Part shown: in pieces, positions 49,372 to 60,492 of the stretch
Layout: each line of letters starts with the position of its first letter
Position numbering within the stretch: position 1 is the first letter of the stretch
Assembly: GCA_027068795.1 (NCBI GenBank)
Contig: JAMOMB010000189.1
Coordinates: forward strand, 4,712-68,711
Source of the DNA: Sedimenticola sp.
Lineage (GTDB): Bacteria; Pseudomonadota; Gammaproteobacteria; Chromatiales; Chromatiaceae
Direction: 5' to 3'
Length of the DNA stretch: 64,000 bases
Notes under the pieces: generated by a model
What the model saw: only the letters and a program-made list of their open reading frames with translations
What the model was told of the DNA's origin: nothing
Database searches by the model: none
Translations under genes and position numbers: made by a program

Positions 49372-52167
49372 ATGTTCAATAAAATCGCAAAAAAAGTATT
49401 TGGCAGCCGCAATGAGCGGGTGGTCAAACGCATGTTCAAGGAAGTAGAAAAGATCAATGCCCTGGAAGACTCGGTAAAACGCCTGTCCGATGAGGAATTG
49501 CGGGGCAAGACTGCCGAGTTTCGCCAGCGCCTGGAAGATGGGGAATCCCTGGACAAGCTCCTGCCGGAGGCGTTTGCCGTGGTGCGGGAGGCGAGCATGC
49601 GAACCCTGGGCATGCGCCATTTCGATGTGCAGTTGATTGGCGGCATGGTCTTGCACCAGGGAAAAATCGCGGAAATGCGCACGGGGGAAGGCAAGACCCT
49701 GGTGGCCACCCTGGCGGTGTACCTGAACGCCCTGGAAGGCAAAGGGGTGCATGTGGTGACGGTGAACGACTATCTGGCGCGCCGGGATGCCGCCTGGATG
49801 GGCAAGCTCTATCATTTTCTCGGCATGAGCACCGGCATCATCAATTCCTCCGGCGGTGCCGGGCCGGATTCCAGCTCCTATCTTTTCGATCCGGAATACG
49901 ATGGCGCCGGGAGCGGCCACCGGTTTTTGCGCAATGTCAGCCGCAAGGAAGCCTATGACTGCGATATCACCTACGGCACCAACAACGAATACGGTTTCGA
50001 CTATCTGCGCGACAACATGGCTTTCGAAGCCGCCCAGCGGGTGCAGCGTCTTCATTACGCGGTGGTGGACGAAGTGGATTCCATTCTCATTGATGAGGCC
50101 AGAACACCCCTGATCATTTCCGGGCCGGCGGAAGACAGCTCCGAGTTGTATCGCAAGATCAACAAAATCATACCTCATCTGACGCGCCAGGATCCCATCA
50201 CCAATGAGGAAGGCAAGCCGGATTTCGGTCCGGGCGACTATTCCGTGGACGAGAAGAGCAAGCAGGTCTTTCTCAGCGATGAAGGGCATGAGCATGTAGA
50301 GAACATGCTTATCGAGGCCGGACTCCTGGATGAGGACGCCAGTTTGTACGATACCGGCAATATCACCCTCATGCATCATGTGATGGCCGCCTTGCGGGCG
50401 CATGTGATCTTTCAGCGCAATGTGGATTATATCGTGCGCGATGGCCAGATCATCATCGTTGATGAATTTACCGGGCGCACCATGCCGGGCCGGCGTTGGT
50501 CCGAAGGTCTGCACCAGGCCGTGGAAGCCAAGGAGGGAGTGGAGATCCAGCAGGAAAACCAGACCCTGGCCTCCATCACTTTCCAGAATTTCTTCCGTCT
50601 GTACGACAAGCTCTCCGGCATGACCGGCACGGCGGATACGGAAGCCTTCGAGTTTCAGCAGATCTATGGCCTGGAGGTGGTGGTCATACCCACCAACAAA
50701 CCCATGCAGCGTGATGACCAGACGGACCTGGTGTACCTCACGCCACAGGAAAAATTCGATGCAATCGTCGAGGATATCCGTGATTGCGTGGAACGCGGCC
50801 AGCCCGTGCTGGTGGGCACTGCTTCCATCGAGGTTTCCGAGCTGGTGTCGGGGCTGCTGGACAAGGCGAACATCAAGCATGAAGTGCTCAACGCCAAACA
50901 GCATGAACGCGAAGCCCGCATCGTTGCGGAAGCCGGGCTGCCTGGTGCGGTGACCATCGCCACCAATATGGCGGGTCGCGGCACCGATATCGTGCTGGGC
51001 GGCAATGTCGATGTGGAAATCGAAAACCTGGGGCCGGAAGCCACCGAGGAGCAACGGAAGGCGTTGCAGGAAGCATGGGAGCAGCGGCACCAGCAGGTGC
51101 TGGACGCAGGCGGCCTGCGGGTGATCGGCACGGAACGTCATGAGTCCCGTCGTATCGACAATCAGTTGCGCGGCCGCTCCGGCCGTCAGGGCGATCCCGG
51201 TTCCAGCCGTTTCTATCTTTCCCTGGAAGACAGCCTGATGCGCATCTTCGCTTCCGAGCGTGTCGGCAAGCTGATGCAGAAGCTGGGCATGCAGGAAGGC
51301 GAGGCCATCGAGCATCCCTGGGTGAACAAGGCCATCGAGAACGCCCAGCGCAAGGTGGAAGGCCGCAATTTCGACATCCGCAAACAGTTGCTGGAATACG
51401 ATGACGTCGCCAACGATCAGCGCAAGGTGGTCTATGAGCAGCGCAATGAACTCATGGATGTGGATGATATCTCCGACACCATCGCCAGTCTGCGCGCGGA
51501 TGTGCTCAATGATGTCATCGATGCCTATATTCCGCCGCAAAGCATTGAAGAGCAGTGGGATATTCCCGGTCTCACCGCTGCGCTGAAGGAGCGTTTCGAT
51601 CTGGATCTGCCCCTGCAACAGTGGCTGGACGAAGACGATTCCCTGCATGAGGAAACCCTGCGCCAGCGCCTGCTGGAATCCCTGGAGCAGGCCTATGCGG
51701 ACAAGGTGGCGGTTGCGGGTGAAGAGCAGATGCGCTATATCGAAAAAGCCGTGATGCTGCAAACCCTGGATACCCACTGGAAGGAGCATCTGGCGGCGAT
51801 GGACTATCTGCGCCAGGGCATACATTTACGCGGCTATGCGGCCAAGAATCCCAAGCAGGAATTCAAACGCGAGGCTTTCGAGCTGTTTTCCAGTATGCTG
51901 GATGCGATCAAGGTCGAAGTGGTGGAGATCCTCAGCAAGATGCAGCTGGCGGATGCGCCCACCCTGGAAGCCGAACCCCAGATCAGCGAGTTTGAATTCA
52001 AGCATGAAGCCTTCGGCGGCCTGCCGGAAGAAGAGCAGGCGCAAGCTGCGGCGGCGGAAGCGCCCCAGCAACCCTATGTGCGCCCCGACCGCAAGATCGG
52101 CCGCAACGAACCCTGTCCCTGTGGTTCCGGGAAAAAATACAAACAGTGCCATGGCAAGCTGCAGTAG
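49372..52167 (+). CDS. secA: Preprotein translocase ATPase SecA
   Basis: [53 protein letters not shown]. Confidence 0.98.
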   Translation: MFNKIAKKVFGSRNERVVKRMFKEVEKINALEDSVKRLSDEELRGKTAEFRQRLEDGESLDKLLPEAFAVVREASMRTLGMRHFDVQLIGGMVLHQGKIAEMRTGEGKTLVATLAVYLNALEGKGVHVVTVNDYLARRDAAWMGKLYHFLGMSTGIINSSGGAGPDSSSYLFDPEYDGAGSGHRFLRNVSRKEAYDCDITYGTNNEYGFDYLRDNMAFEAAQRVQRLHYAVVDEVDSILIDEARTPLIISGPAEDSSELYRKINKIIPHLTRQDPITNEEGKPDFGPGDYSVDEKSKQVFLSDEGHEHVENMLIEAGLLDEDASLYDTGNITLMHHVMAALRAHVIFQRNVDYIVRDGQIIIVDEFTGRTMPGRRWSEGLHQAVEAKEGVEIQQENQTLASITFQNFFRLYDKLSGMTGTADTEAFEFQQIYGLEVVVIPTNKPMQRDDQTDLVYLTPQEKFDAIVEDIRDCVERGQPVLVGTASIEVSELVSGLLDKANIKHEVLNAKQHEREARIVAEAGLPGAVTIATNMAGRGTDIVLGGNVDVEIENLGPEATEEQRKALQEAWEQRHQQVLDAGGLRVIGTERHESRRIDNQLRGRSGRQGDPGSSRFYLSLEDSLMRIFASERVGKLMQKLGMQEGEAIEHPWVNKAIENAQRKVEGRNFDIRKQLLEYDDVANDQRKVVYEQRNELMDVDDISDTIASLRADVLNDVIDAYIPPQSIEEQWDIPGLTAALKERFDLDLPLQQWLDEDDSLHEETLRQRLLESLEQAYADKVAVAGEEQMRYIEKAVMLQTLDTHWKEHLAAMDYLRQGIHLRGYAAKNPKQEFKREAFELFSSMLDAIKVEVVEILSKMQLADAPTLEAEPQISEFEFKHEAFGGLPEEEQAQAAAAEAPQQPYVRPDRKIGRNEPCPCGSGKKYKQCHGKLQ

Positions 52168-52169
52168 CC

Positions 52170-53369
52170 GTGCGTACTGAGGTATTCCCGGTCGCCGGCG
52201 TTCGTCTGGCGGCGGTGGCTGCAGGGATTCGCTACCAGGGCCGGGACGACCTGGCGCTCATGGAACTGGCGGACGGCAGTGCCGCCGCCGCCGTGTTCAC
52301 CCGCAATGCATTTTGCGCGGCCCCGGTGATCCTGGCCCGCCGCCACCTTGACCAGGCGGATCCGCGTTATCTGCTGATCAACTCCGGCAACGCCAACGCA
52401 GGCACGGGAGAAGCGGGAATGGCGGCCAGCAGGGAAAGCTGCCGTCTGCTGGCCGCTGCCGCTGGCGTCGCCCCGAATCAGGTGCTGCCATTTTCTACCG
52501 GCGTCATTGGCGAGGATTTGCCTACAGATCCCTTTGCCCGCGCAGCGCCCGACCTGCTTTCCTCTCTGGGGGAAGACAACTGGTTGCCCGCTGCCCGCGC
52601 CATTATGACCACGGATACGGTGCCCAAGCTGGCCAGCCGCCGCTTTCAGGTTGAAGGGAAAACCGTAACAGTTACCGGCATGAGCAAGGGTTCCGGCATG
52701 ATCCGCCCCGATATGGCGACCATGCTGGCGTTTGTCGCTACGGATGCGCTGATCTCTTCCTCCAGGCTGCAACCGGTGCTGGAAGCGGCAGTCGGTCCCT
52801 CTTTCAATTCCATTACCGTAGACGGGGACACTTCCACCAACGATGCTTGTGTGCTGGTTGCCAGCGGCGCAGCCGGCGTGGAGGTGGATGCTGAAGCCAC
52901 TGCTTCCGGGCGGGCATTCCGCCAGGCGGTGAATGAAGTCTGCATGGAGCTGGCCCGTGCCATCGTGCTGGATGGGGAAGGGGCAACCAAACTGGTGGAA
53001 ATCGTCGTGGAAGAAGCCGGCTCGGAAGCCGAGGCAAGGGGCGTGGCCTATACCGTTGCTCATTCGCCGCTGGTAAAAACCGCATTGTTTGCCGCCGACC
53101 CCAACTGGGGGCGCATCCTCGCCGCTGTGGGCAGGGCCGGAGTCAGCAACCTCGACATCAGCAAAGTCCGTATCTGGCTGGATGATGTCTGCATCGTCAG
53201 CCAGGGAAAAAGAGATGCCGGGTATACGGAAGAAGCCGGTCAATCGGTCATGAATCAACCGGGCTTTGCCATTCGCGTTGCCTTGGGAAAAGGGCAGGCC
53301 CGCACCCGTATCCTCACCTGTGACCTGTCTTACGACTATGTAAAAATCAATGCCGAATACCGCAGCTGA
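52170..53369 (+). CDS. argJ: Ornithine acetyltransferase/N-acetylglutamate synthase
   Basis: NSGNANA, KGSGMIRPDMATML, DGDTSTND, DGEGATK, YVKINAEYRS. Confidence 0.96.
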   Translation: MRTEVFPVAGVRLAAVAAGIRYQGRDDLALMELADGSAAAAVFTRNAFCAAPVILARRHLDQADPRYLLINSGNANAGTGEAGMAASRESCRLLAAAAGVAPNQVLPFSTGVIGEDLPTDPFARAAPDLLSSLGEDNWLPAARAIMTTDTVPKLASRRFQVEGKTVTVTGMSKGSGMIRPDMATMLAFVATDALISSSRLQPVLEAAVGPSFNSITVDGDTSTNDACVLVASGAAGVEVDAEATASGRAFRQAVNEVCMELARAIVLDGEGATKLVEIVVEEAGSEAEARGVAYTVAHSPLVKTALFAADPNWGRILAAVGRAGVSNLDISKVRIWLDDVCIVSQGKRDAGYTEEAGQSVMNQPGFAIRVALGKGQARTRILTCDLSYDYVKINAEYRS

Positions 53370-54315
53370 AGTGGCGGAGATTCATGTGGCGGCGGGTGTA
53401 CTGAAGAACCCGAAAGGGGAAATCTTGCTGGCCCGGCGTTCCCCGGACAGCCATCAGGGCGGTTTGTGGGAGTTCCCCGGCGGCAAGATCGAGCCGGGCG
53501 AGACAGCGCGGCAGGCGCTGCTGCGGGAGCTGGAGGAAGAGCTGGGCGTGGGGGTGGAGGAGTGCCGGCCCTTGATTCGCGTCTCCCATTGCTATGCAGA
53601 TCGCAAGGTGGTGCTGAATACCTGGCTGGTCAGCCGATGGCGGGGTGAACCCCAGGGAAAGGAAGGCCAGCCCCTGTCCTGGGTGCCGTCTCATGAGCTG
53701 TATCGCTGGCCCATGCCGGCTGCGGACAAGCCCATCCTGAATGCCCTGCGCCTGCCCGATACTTATCTGATCACCCCGCCAGGGATCGAGAACCAGGAGC
53801 GCTTCCTGGGGCAGTTGGAAGAAGCGTTGAAATCCGGCATATCCCTGCTGCAGTTTCGCGTGTTCGGCCTGGAGGCTGGTCGGTTGGAACAGCTGGCCCG
53901 GGAAGCTTGCCTGTTGTGCAGTGAGCACGGCGCGCGCATGATGTTGAACGGTTCCTTGGCCCTGGCGCGGAAAATCGGCGCGCATGGTCTGCACCTGGAT
54001 CGGCGCCGCCTGCTGTCGTTACGCAGCCGGGAGGAGTATGCGGATTTGCTTTTGTCGGCATCTTGCCACAATGCCCGGGAGCTGAGGTGGGTGGAGCATT
54101 TGGGAGTGGATTTTGCAGTGCTGTCCCCCGTGTTGCCCACAATGAGCCACCCGGACGCCGAGGTGCTGGGTTGGGAGAGGTTCCGGGAGTTGTGTGCGGA
54201 GATTTCCGTTCCCGTCTATGCCCTGGGTGGCATGTCGGCGGATTTGTTGGAGCAGAGCTGGGCGCAGGGGGCGCAGGGGATTGCCGGCATTCGCGGATTG
54301 TGGCCGGTTTTGTAG
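53350..54315 (+). CDS. MutT-like Nudix hydrolase fused to a thiamine-phosphate-synthase-like domain
   Basis: Nudix box GGKIEPGETARQALLRELEEELG; C-terminal GLHL, ASCHN, VYALGG. Confidence 0.92.
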   Translation: MPNTAAEVAEIHVAAGVLKNPKGEILLARRSPDSHQGGLWEFPGGKIEPGETARQALLRELEEELGVGVEECRPLIRVSHCYADRKVVLNTWLVSRWRGEPQGKEGQPLSWVPSHELYRWPMPAADKPILNALRLPDTYLITPPGIENQERFLGQLEEALKSGISLLQFRVFGLEAGRLEQLAREACLLCSEHGARMMLNGSLALARKIGAHGLHLDRRRLLSLRSREEYADLLLSASCHNARELRWVEHLGVDFAVLSPVLPTMSHPDAEVLGWERFRELCAEISVPVYALGGMSADLLEQSWAQGAQGIAGIRGLWPVL

Positions 54316-54320
54316 CCTGA

Positions 54321-54503
54321 TCAATCTGGGTTCTGTGGCTCTTCTTCCTCATCGCTGAGCCATTCATTCAAATCGATGAGTTGGCAGCGCCTGCTGCAAA
54401 ATGGCCGCCAGATGGAGGTCTTCTCCCATTTCACCGGCTGGCCGCAGCTGGGGCAGGAGACGGTTGCCGGCGCTTTTTCTGGTGCGTGTGGTTCAGATCG
54501 CAC
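54321..54503 (-). CDS. yacG: DNA gyrase inhibitor YacG (start uncertain)
   Basis: CPSCG…[13 protein letters not shown] zinc finger; follows zapD. Confidence 0.88.
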   Translation of the reverse strand: MRSEPHAPEKAPATVSCPSCGQPVKWEKTSIWRPFCSRRCQLIDLNEWLSDEEEEPQNPD

Positions 54504-55269
54504 AGGTCTTGAGCGCAAAAGGGACATCTTGTTCGGTTTGCTGTGGGTGCTCCCACTGGCTGCTCTCCAGAAAGCGGATGCAGAACCGGTGCTTGCTGCC
54601 GCTGATTTCCGCATAGAGCAGGGATGCCGCTTCCACCTTTACCTGGATCAGCTGGATGCCCCGTTTGGAATTCAGGTTTTGCTGGTAAATGCCCCCAACC
54701 GCTGTTTGTTCCTGGTAGACATTGCTGCTGCGCAGTAATCCCAGCAGCAATTCCGCCGTTTCCTGCACTGTGCTGATTTCATGCCGCCAGCCATCGAGTT
54801 GCATGACTCTTTCCGTATGCGGCAGGTTGAGCCAGTAGTGGAATTGGGGCAAATCGAATTCATAACTGCCGCCAGGTATGGGCGCACGCTGGGAGATGCT
54901 GTTGAGAAAGTCGTTTTTTCGCAAGGAGCCGCCAAGCTGCCGGTTGCAGGCGTACAGGCGCTCGGTCATGTGTGTGATGTCGTCCAGCACCTGTTGCAGG
55001 CGCACCTGGTCTACTTTTGGGTTGGCGCCGATGGATGCCAGGGATTTTTGTTGCTGATCCAGTTGTTTGATCAGGTCTTTCTTGATGTCCGTGCGGGCGA
55101 GTATGCTGCTGATGTCCAGCAATGCCTGTAGCGCAGCCCGGCTCTGCCATTGGCTGCTGCCGGCAAGATGGTATTCGAACTGCTCGAATAAATGGGCGAT
55201 CCGCAACAGGGTGCGCGTCCGTTCGTTTAATGGGTGTTCGAAAAGAATCGGGTTTTGCAAAGCAGGCAT
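54493..55269 (-). CDS. zapD: Cell division protein ZapD
   Basis: [18 protein letters not shown]…[15 protein letters not shown]. Confidence 0.93.
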   Translation of the reverse strand: MPALQNPILFEHPLNERTRTLLRIAHLFEQFEYHLAGSSQWQSRAALQALLDISSILARTDIKKDLIKQLDQQQKSLASIGANPKVDQVRLQQVLDDITHMTERLYACNRQLGGSLRKNDFLNSISQRAPIPGGSYEFDLPQFHYWLNLPHTERVMQLDGWRHEISTVQETAELLLGLLRSSNVYQEQTAVGGIYQQNLNSKRGIQLIQVKVEAASLLYAEISGSKHRFCIRFLESSQWEHPQQTEQDVPFALKTCAI

Positions 55270-55318
55270 CCGGCCAGTGGCAATGATGTTGGTATTGTCC
55301 TCCAGATGGAGGAGAGGT

Positions 55319-55924
55319 TCAATCTGAACGGCTTCCCAGGGACAGGTAGTGTTCGTGCAGTTTTTCCACCTGCCTGTGCAAATCCTGCAAAGTGCCGGTA
55401 TTCAGAATAATGTCGTCGGCAATATTCCTGCGGGCTTCCCTGGGAGCCTGGGCGGCGAGAATCCTTTTTGCCTGTTCCTTGCTACCGCCGTCTCTTTGGC
55501 ATACCCGCTGAATTTGCAAACTTTCCGGGACGTCCAGTAAAAGAACCCGGTCTACCATGGCGTTCAGATTGTTCTCCACCAGTAAAGGGACAACCAATAT
55601 GGCGTAGGGTTCATTCTTGATTCGGGATAAGCGGCGTTTGGTCTCTGTGCGGATGGCGGGATGGAGAATGGCTTCGAGAGCAGCTTTTGCCGCGGCATCG
55701 GTAAAGATATGTTCCCGGAGCAATCTTCGATTGAGGCTGCCATCCGCCAAGAGGAAGCGGGCGCCGAATTGATTCTGAATATCTGCAAGTGCGGGCTTTC
55801 CCGGCTCGACCAGCTCCCGGCTGATTTGATCCGTATCGATAACCGGCGCGCCCAGGTGCGCAAAATGATTGCTGACCATGGTTTTGCCGCTGGCGATGCC
55901 GCCTGTAAGACCAATCTTGAGCAT
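55319..55924 (-). CDS. coaE: Dephospho-CoA kinase
   Basis: IGLTGGIASGKT, LEAILHPAI, VPLLVE. Confidence 0.95.
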   Translation of the reverse strand: MLKIGLTGGIASGKTMVSNHFAHLGAPVIDTDQISRELVEPGKPALADIQNQFGARFLLADGSLNRRLLREHIFTDAAAKAALEAILHPAIRTETKRRLSRIKNEPYAILVVPLLVENNLNAMVDRVLLLDVPESLQIQRVCQRDGGSKEQAKRILAAQAPREARRNIADDIILNTGTLQDLHRQVEKLHEHYLSLGSRSD

Positions 55925-55940
55925 GGTTGTGGCGGGGCGC

Positions 55941-56816
55941 CTAGCCGATACCGGCAAATTGCAGGTAGCTTTGGTTGATTTCATCGCCCCAGAGCATGGC
56001 GATCCACCCTGCGGCTGCCAGATAGGGGCCAAAAGGAATGGGTATGGCCTTGTCTCTTCCCTGGAACAGGATCATGCCCAGGCCGCTTATCGCGCCAACC
56101 GCGGCGGACAACAACAGAATCTGGGGCAGTAACTGCCAGCCCAGCCAGGCGCCGAACAGGGCGAAGAGTTTGAAATCCCCGTAACCCATGCCTTCCTTGC
56201 CGGTGATCAGCAAAAACAGGTGAAAGAGAAACCAAAGCGACAAATAGCCCGCCACAGCGCCGTAAATGGCGGATTCGATGTCCGTGAACCAGCCATTGAG
56301 GTTCAGCACCAGCCCCAACCAGATCAGGGGCAGTATGAGTACATCCGGCAGCAGTTGCAGCTTGATGTCGATGACGCTCATGGTGATGAGTGACCAGGTC
56401 AAAACCAGGGCCGCCAGGGTCTGCCAGGTGAAGCCAAAATGCCAGGCCACGGCTACGGAAAGGATTGCCGAGAGCAGTTCAACCGCAGGGTACTGGATGG
56501 AGAGGCGAACGCCACAGGAAGCGCATTTCCCTTTTTGCAGCAACCAGCTGATGACGGGAATGTTTTCCCAAGCCTTTATGCGGTGCCCACAGGAAAGGCA
56601 TGTGGACGGGGGCGTCATCAGATAGGCCAGGCCAAACCATTTGTTTGGTTGGTAGTTTGTTTCTATCCCCGCCAGCGCATCACAGGCCTCTTTTAATTCT
56701 CCCTCCATGCGCTTGGGGAGGCGATAGATGATTACGTTCAGGAAACTTCCTACGGTCAGGCCGAGGAGGAAGGTCAAAGGGTAGAAAATGATTGGTTGAG
56801 AAAATACCTCTTCCAT
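55941..56816 (-). CDS. pilD: Prepilin peptidase/N-methyltransferase
   Basis: GSFLNVIIYRLP, two CxxC, GMGYGDFKL, IPFGPYL. Confidence 0.96.
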   Translation of the reverse strand: MEEVFSQPIIFYPLTFLLGLTVGSFLNVIIYRLPKRMEGELKEACDALAGIETNYQPNKWFGLAYLMTPPSTCLSCGHRIKAWENIPVISWLLQKGKCASCGVRLSIQYPAVELLSAILSVAVAWHFGFTWQTLAALVLTWSLITMSVIDIKLQLLPDVLILPLIWLGLVLNLNGWFTDIESAIYGAVAGYLSLWFLFHLFLLITGKEGMGYGDFKLFALFGAWLGWQLLPQILLLSAAVGAISGLGMILFQGRDKAIPIPFGPYLAAAGWIAMLWGDEINQSYLQFAGIG

Positions 56817-58048
56817 CAGATGGCTGCGCCAAGTTTGAAGATAGGTAGGTACATAGCCACCACCAAGCCACCTACCAGGGTACCCAGGACGACCATAATC
56901 AGTGGTTCCATCAAACTGCTAAGTGCGTCTACAGCGTTATCTACCTCTTCTTCATAAAAATCAGCCACTTTTCCCAGCATGTCATCCAATGCGCCAGATT
57001 CCTCGCCAATGGCTACCATTTGTCTAACCATGTGTGGAAATAGCGGTTGTTGCTCCATTGCCAGACGAAGGGACTGGCCGGTAGCAATATCTTCCCGCAT
57101 TTCCTTTACGGCGTTGCCATAGACGATACTGCCAGTTGCGCCAGAAACAGATTCCAGGGCTTCAACCATGGGTACGCCTGCAGCGAACATGGTGGATGTG
57201 GTGCGTGCGAAGCGCGCTAGTGCAGATTTGTGCATGATTGAGCCAAAAACTGGCATTTTGAGCATGGCTCTATCGACGAGTTCCCGGAACTTCGGTGAAC
57301 GCTTCCACAAATTCGAGACTAAGATAACTGTTGCTGCGATTCCCAGCAATATTGCCCACCAGTAGTCCTGTATGAAATAGGATAGATCGAGAACAAGTTG
57401 GGTAAAAGCAGGTAACTCAGCTCCAAAACTTTCAAATAGTTCAGCAAATATCGGAACGACAAAAATCAGCAAAATCGCTGTAACGACAATGCCTACAACA
57501 ATTACAGAAGCAGGATAGACCAATGCCTTCTTGATCTTTTTCTTCATTGATTCTGTTTTTTCTTTGTAGGTTGCAATCCGATCCAACAATGTTTCTAATA
57601 CGCCAGCTTGTTCGCCGGCCTCAACCAGATTGCAGAACAAATCGTCAAAATACAGAGGATGCTTACGCAGGGCATTGGTCAGGGAGGTGCCGCCTTCGAT
57701 TTCGGCCTTGATGGCCAGTATTAATTCTTGCACTGATGGATTGTTATGCCCTTTTCCCACGATATCCAGCGCCTGCACCAGGGGCACCCCTGCTTTCATC
57801 ATGGTGGCCAATTGTCGGGAGAACACGGCAATATCGCCCGTTGTGATTTTGGGTTTGCCAAACGAAAGGGTGATCTGTTTCTGCACCTTGATCGGGGTTA
57901 CGCCTTGCTTGCGCAAATCCGCCCGAACAATTGCATCGTTGGCGGCCCGAAGCTTTCCCTTGATCTTTTTTCCACGCCTGTCGGTTCCCGTCCAGGCGTA
58001 TTCGTAGGACTTTTCCGCCTTTGGTTTTTTCGCCGCTTTGGTTGCCAT
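56816..58048 (-). CDS. pilC: Type IV pilus platform protein PilC
   Basis: FSRQLATMMKAGVPL, AGEQAG, IGEESG, AMYLPIFKLG. Confidence 0.95.
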   Translation of the reverse strand: MATKAAKKPKAEKSYEYAWTGTDRRGKKIKGKLRAANDAIVRADLRKQGVTPIKVQKQITLSFGKPKITTGDIAVFSRQLATMMKAGVPLVQALDIVGKGHNNPSVQELILAIKAEIEGGTSLTNALRKHPLYFDDLFCNLVEAGEQAGVLETLLDRIATYKEKTESMKKKIKKALVYPASVIVVGIVVTAILLIFVVPIFAELFESFGAELPAFTQLVLDLSYFIQDYWWAILLGIAATVILVSNLWKRSPKFRELVDRAMLKMPVFGSIMHKSALARFARTTSTMFAAGVPMVEALESVSGATGSIVYGNAVKEMREDIATGQSLRLAMEQQPLFPHMVRQMVAIGEESGALDDMLGKVADFYEEEVDNAVDALSSLMEPLIMVVLGTLVGGLVVAMYLPIFKLGAAI

Positions 58049-58054
58049 GCTCAA

Positions 58055-59770
58055 TTAGTCCTTGGTAATTCGATTAATTTCTTCCAGGCTGGTCAGGCCG
58101 TTTTTCACTTTCAACAGGCCCGCCGTCCTCAAATCATAATAATAGCCTTCTTTCAATGCCTGTTCCTTGAGCTGCATAGCATTTCCTTCCTCCAGAATGA
58201 TTTGGGTAATGCCTTCCGAAATGGGCATGATTTCAAAAATGCCCACGCGTCCCTTGTAACCGTTGTTGCATTTATCACAGCCCACGGCTTTATAGATGGT
58301 AAGGCCGGAAGCGACATCTGCTTCTGTGAAGCCTTCCTCGAGCAATGCCTTGCGGGGGAGTTCTTCCGGTTCCTTGCAGTGTTCGCAAAGGCGCCGGCCA
58401 AGGCGCTGGGCCATGATGAGGTTCACTGATGAGGCGATGTTGTACGGCGGGATGCCCATATTGGCCAAGCGAGTCAGGGTCTGGGGTGCATCGTTGGTAT
58501 GCAGGGTGGAGAGCACCATATGACCGGTTTGTGCGGCTTTGACGGCGATTTCGCCCGTCTCCAGATCCCGTATCTCCCCCACCATGATAATGTCCGGGTC
58601 CTGACGCAGGAAGGCGCGCAAGGCGTCCGCGAAATGCAGGCCGCTGGCTGTATTGATATTGACCTGGTTGATGCCTTCCACCTGAATTTCCACGGGATCT
58701 TCTGCGGTGGAAATATTGATCTCCGGATCATTCAGGATATTCAGGGCCGTGTACAGGGATACGGTTTTACCACTGCCCGTAGGGCCGGTGACCAGAATCA
58801 TCCCGTAGGGCTTTTTGATCGCTTCCATGAAGAGCTGCTTTTGGTCTTCTTCAAAGCCCAGGGCATCGACGCCGATGGTTGCTGCGGATGCGTCCAGTAT
58901 GCGTAGAACGACTTTTTCCCCGTACAATGTGGGACAGGTGTTTACGCGGAAATCAATGGATCGATGCTTGGATACCTTAAGCTTGATGCGCCCATCCTGT
59001 GGAACCCGCCGCTCGGCGATATTCAACCGGGCCATTACTTTCAGGCGGGAAGAAAGACGCTGGGCAATATTGACCGGCGGAGATGCCTTTTCAAACAGCA
59101 AGCCATCCTGGCGGTAGCGTATGCGGAAGCTTTTTTCATAGGGTTCGAAGTGAATGTCCGAGACGCCGCTGTTGATGGCGTCGAGGAGGATCTTGTTTAC
59201 AAAGCGTACGACCGGAGCCTCATCAATTTCGGTTTGGTCATTGTCATTGGCGTCAGCATCGTCAAAATTGTCGAACTCGATGTTCTCAAGGTTCTCCTCC
59301 AGCAGTGCGCCAATTGTTTCTTCCTCGGATTTGGAGGCTTCTTCGAGAGCTACGGCAAGCTTGTCCTCTTCAACCAGGATGATTTCGATGGCGAGACCAG
59401 TATTGAACTGGATTTCCTTGATAGCCTCCTGGTTGGTCGGATCGGATGTAGCCAAGAATAGCCGGTTACCCCGTTTGGCCAGAGGAAGCACATGGTGTTT
59501 GTTTATCAGGCCTGGTTCTACTTCCCGTAAAGAGAGCGTATCCTTGCTAATGACTTCCAGATCAAGCAATGGCAGACCAAATTCCTGAGAGGCAAGAATG
59601 GCGATTTTGCGAGGCCCAACCAACCCGCTGGTGACAACATGGGATATTAGAGGCACGTTTTCTTCCAAGGCCTGTTTTGTAGCGCTAATGGCATCGTCCT
59701 TGTCCAGCAAGCCTGCGTTTACCAGGTAGCGAGAAAACCCCTTGAGATTGTCTTGTGTGCCGTCGTTCAT
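58055..59770 (-). CDS. pilB: Type IV pilus assembly ATPase PilB
   Basis: SDIHFEP, GPTGSGKT, LRQDPDIIMVGEIRD, STLHTND, four zinc-binding Cys. Confidence 0.96.
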   Translation of the reverse strand: MNDGTQDNLKGFSRYLVNAGLLDKDDAISATKQALEENVPLISHVVTSGLVGPRKIAILASQEFGLPLLDLEVISKDTLSLREVEPGLINKHHVLPLAKRGNRLFLATSDPTNQEAIKEIQFNTGLAIEIILVEEDKLAVALEEASKSEEETIGALLEENLENIEFDNFDDADANDNDQTEIDEAPVVRFVNKILLDAINSGVSDIHFEPYEKSFRIRYRQDGLLFEKASPPVNIAQRLSSRLKVMARLNIAERRVPQDGRIKLKVSKHRSIDFRVNTCPTLYGEKVVLRILDASAATIGVDALGFEEDQKQLFMEAIKKPYGMILVTGPTGSGKTVSLYTALNILNDPEINISTAEDPVEIQVEGINQVNINTASGLHFADALRAFLRQDPDIIMVGEIRDLETGEIAVKAAQTGHMVLSTLHTNDAPQTLTRLANMGIPPYNIASSVNLIMAQRLGRRLCEHCKEPEELPRKALLEEGFTEADVASGLTIYKAVGCDKCNNGYKGRVGIFEIMPISEGITQIILEEGNAMQLKEQALKEGYYYDLRTAGLLKVKNGLTSLEEINRITKD

Positions 59771-60114
59771 ATAAACTTGATCATCGCATTGATTGCATGG
59801 TGCCTATTTGCCCGGCACCCTGTCGTTACATACCAAATGGTTAGGAGCTTCAGACATGCACCGCTGCGTCGCAGTGCTTGCCAAGGAAGGAATCCTTGCG
59901 TGCACATGGCGTCTGGTTCCACTGCATGCCTGAGGCCCTGAATACGACATATATTGTTGCCGGGATAATAATATGTTGGTTCGAGGCTGTATAGCAAATC
60001 GCCAATCGAATTTTATGGATGGTTACAAGGGCTTAGAATACAGTTGTTTCCTTTTAAAATCGAGAGCAGATTGTTTTGAAAATGGCAATTTATTGCGTTT
60101 GTGAAGTTGCCGGG

Positions 60115-60492
60115 CTATCCTTTGCTCAATGCGATAATGATGCCACTAATGATAAGAAGGATGCCCACAGCCTGAGCTCCGTTCAAACTTTCCTGAAACA
60201 GCCAGGCAGCAGTTGCCGGTACGAGAATAAATGGCAGAGCCACATAAGGATATGCGTAGCTCAGGTCCAGGCGGGTCATTGCCAGGATCCATGCAATGCC
60301 ACTGAAGAATGTGGTGGCCATTGCGATAATGACCCATGGGCGTAGCAGAAGCTCGAGTATATAGCTGAACTTTTCTGGTAGGCTTTCTGGCATGGGGCCA
60401 GCCAGATTGACCTGCCACTTGATGATCAGCTGGCTGACTGCGGCCATCAGTGGTGATGCAAGAGCGAAAAAATGTGCATACAGGAGTTTCAT
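60115..60492 (-). CDS. Small 4-TM DMT/SMR-family transporter (ArnE/ArnF flippase-like)
   Basis: SQLIIK, W…LDLSYAYP, FQESL…GILLIISGI; 125 aa. Confidence 0.8.
   Translation of the reverse strand: MKLLYAHFFALASPLMAAVSQLIIKWQVNLAGPMPESLPEKFSYILELLLRPWVIIAMATTFFSGIAWILAMTRLDLSYAYPYVALPFILVPATAAWLFQESLNGAQAVGILLIISGIIIALSKG

Noticed and set aside
49282-51825. Long antisense ORFs (also 838-2178, 30843-32483, 39974-41569 and others)
   Set aside because: Shadow frames of conserved GC-rich genes with no recognisable motifs
53350-54315. Nudix/thiamine-phosphate-synthase fusion as a novelty
   Set aside because: Common fusion at the secA-argJ locus in many Proteobacteria
59767-59997. Small ORFs upstream of pilB as a possible pilin
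   Set aside because: No class III signal (G/FTLIE) or hydrophobic N-terminal helix
60083-60096. Sigma54-like TGGC…TTGC near the pil genes
   Set aside because: GG-to-GC spacing is 9 rather than 10 nt and it is on the wrong strand for pilB
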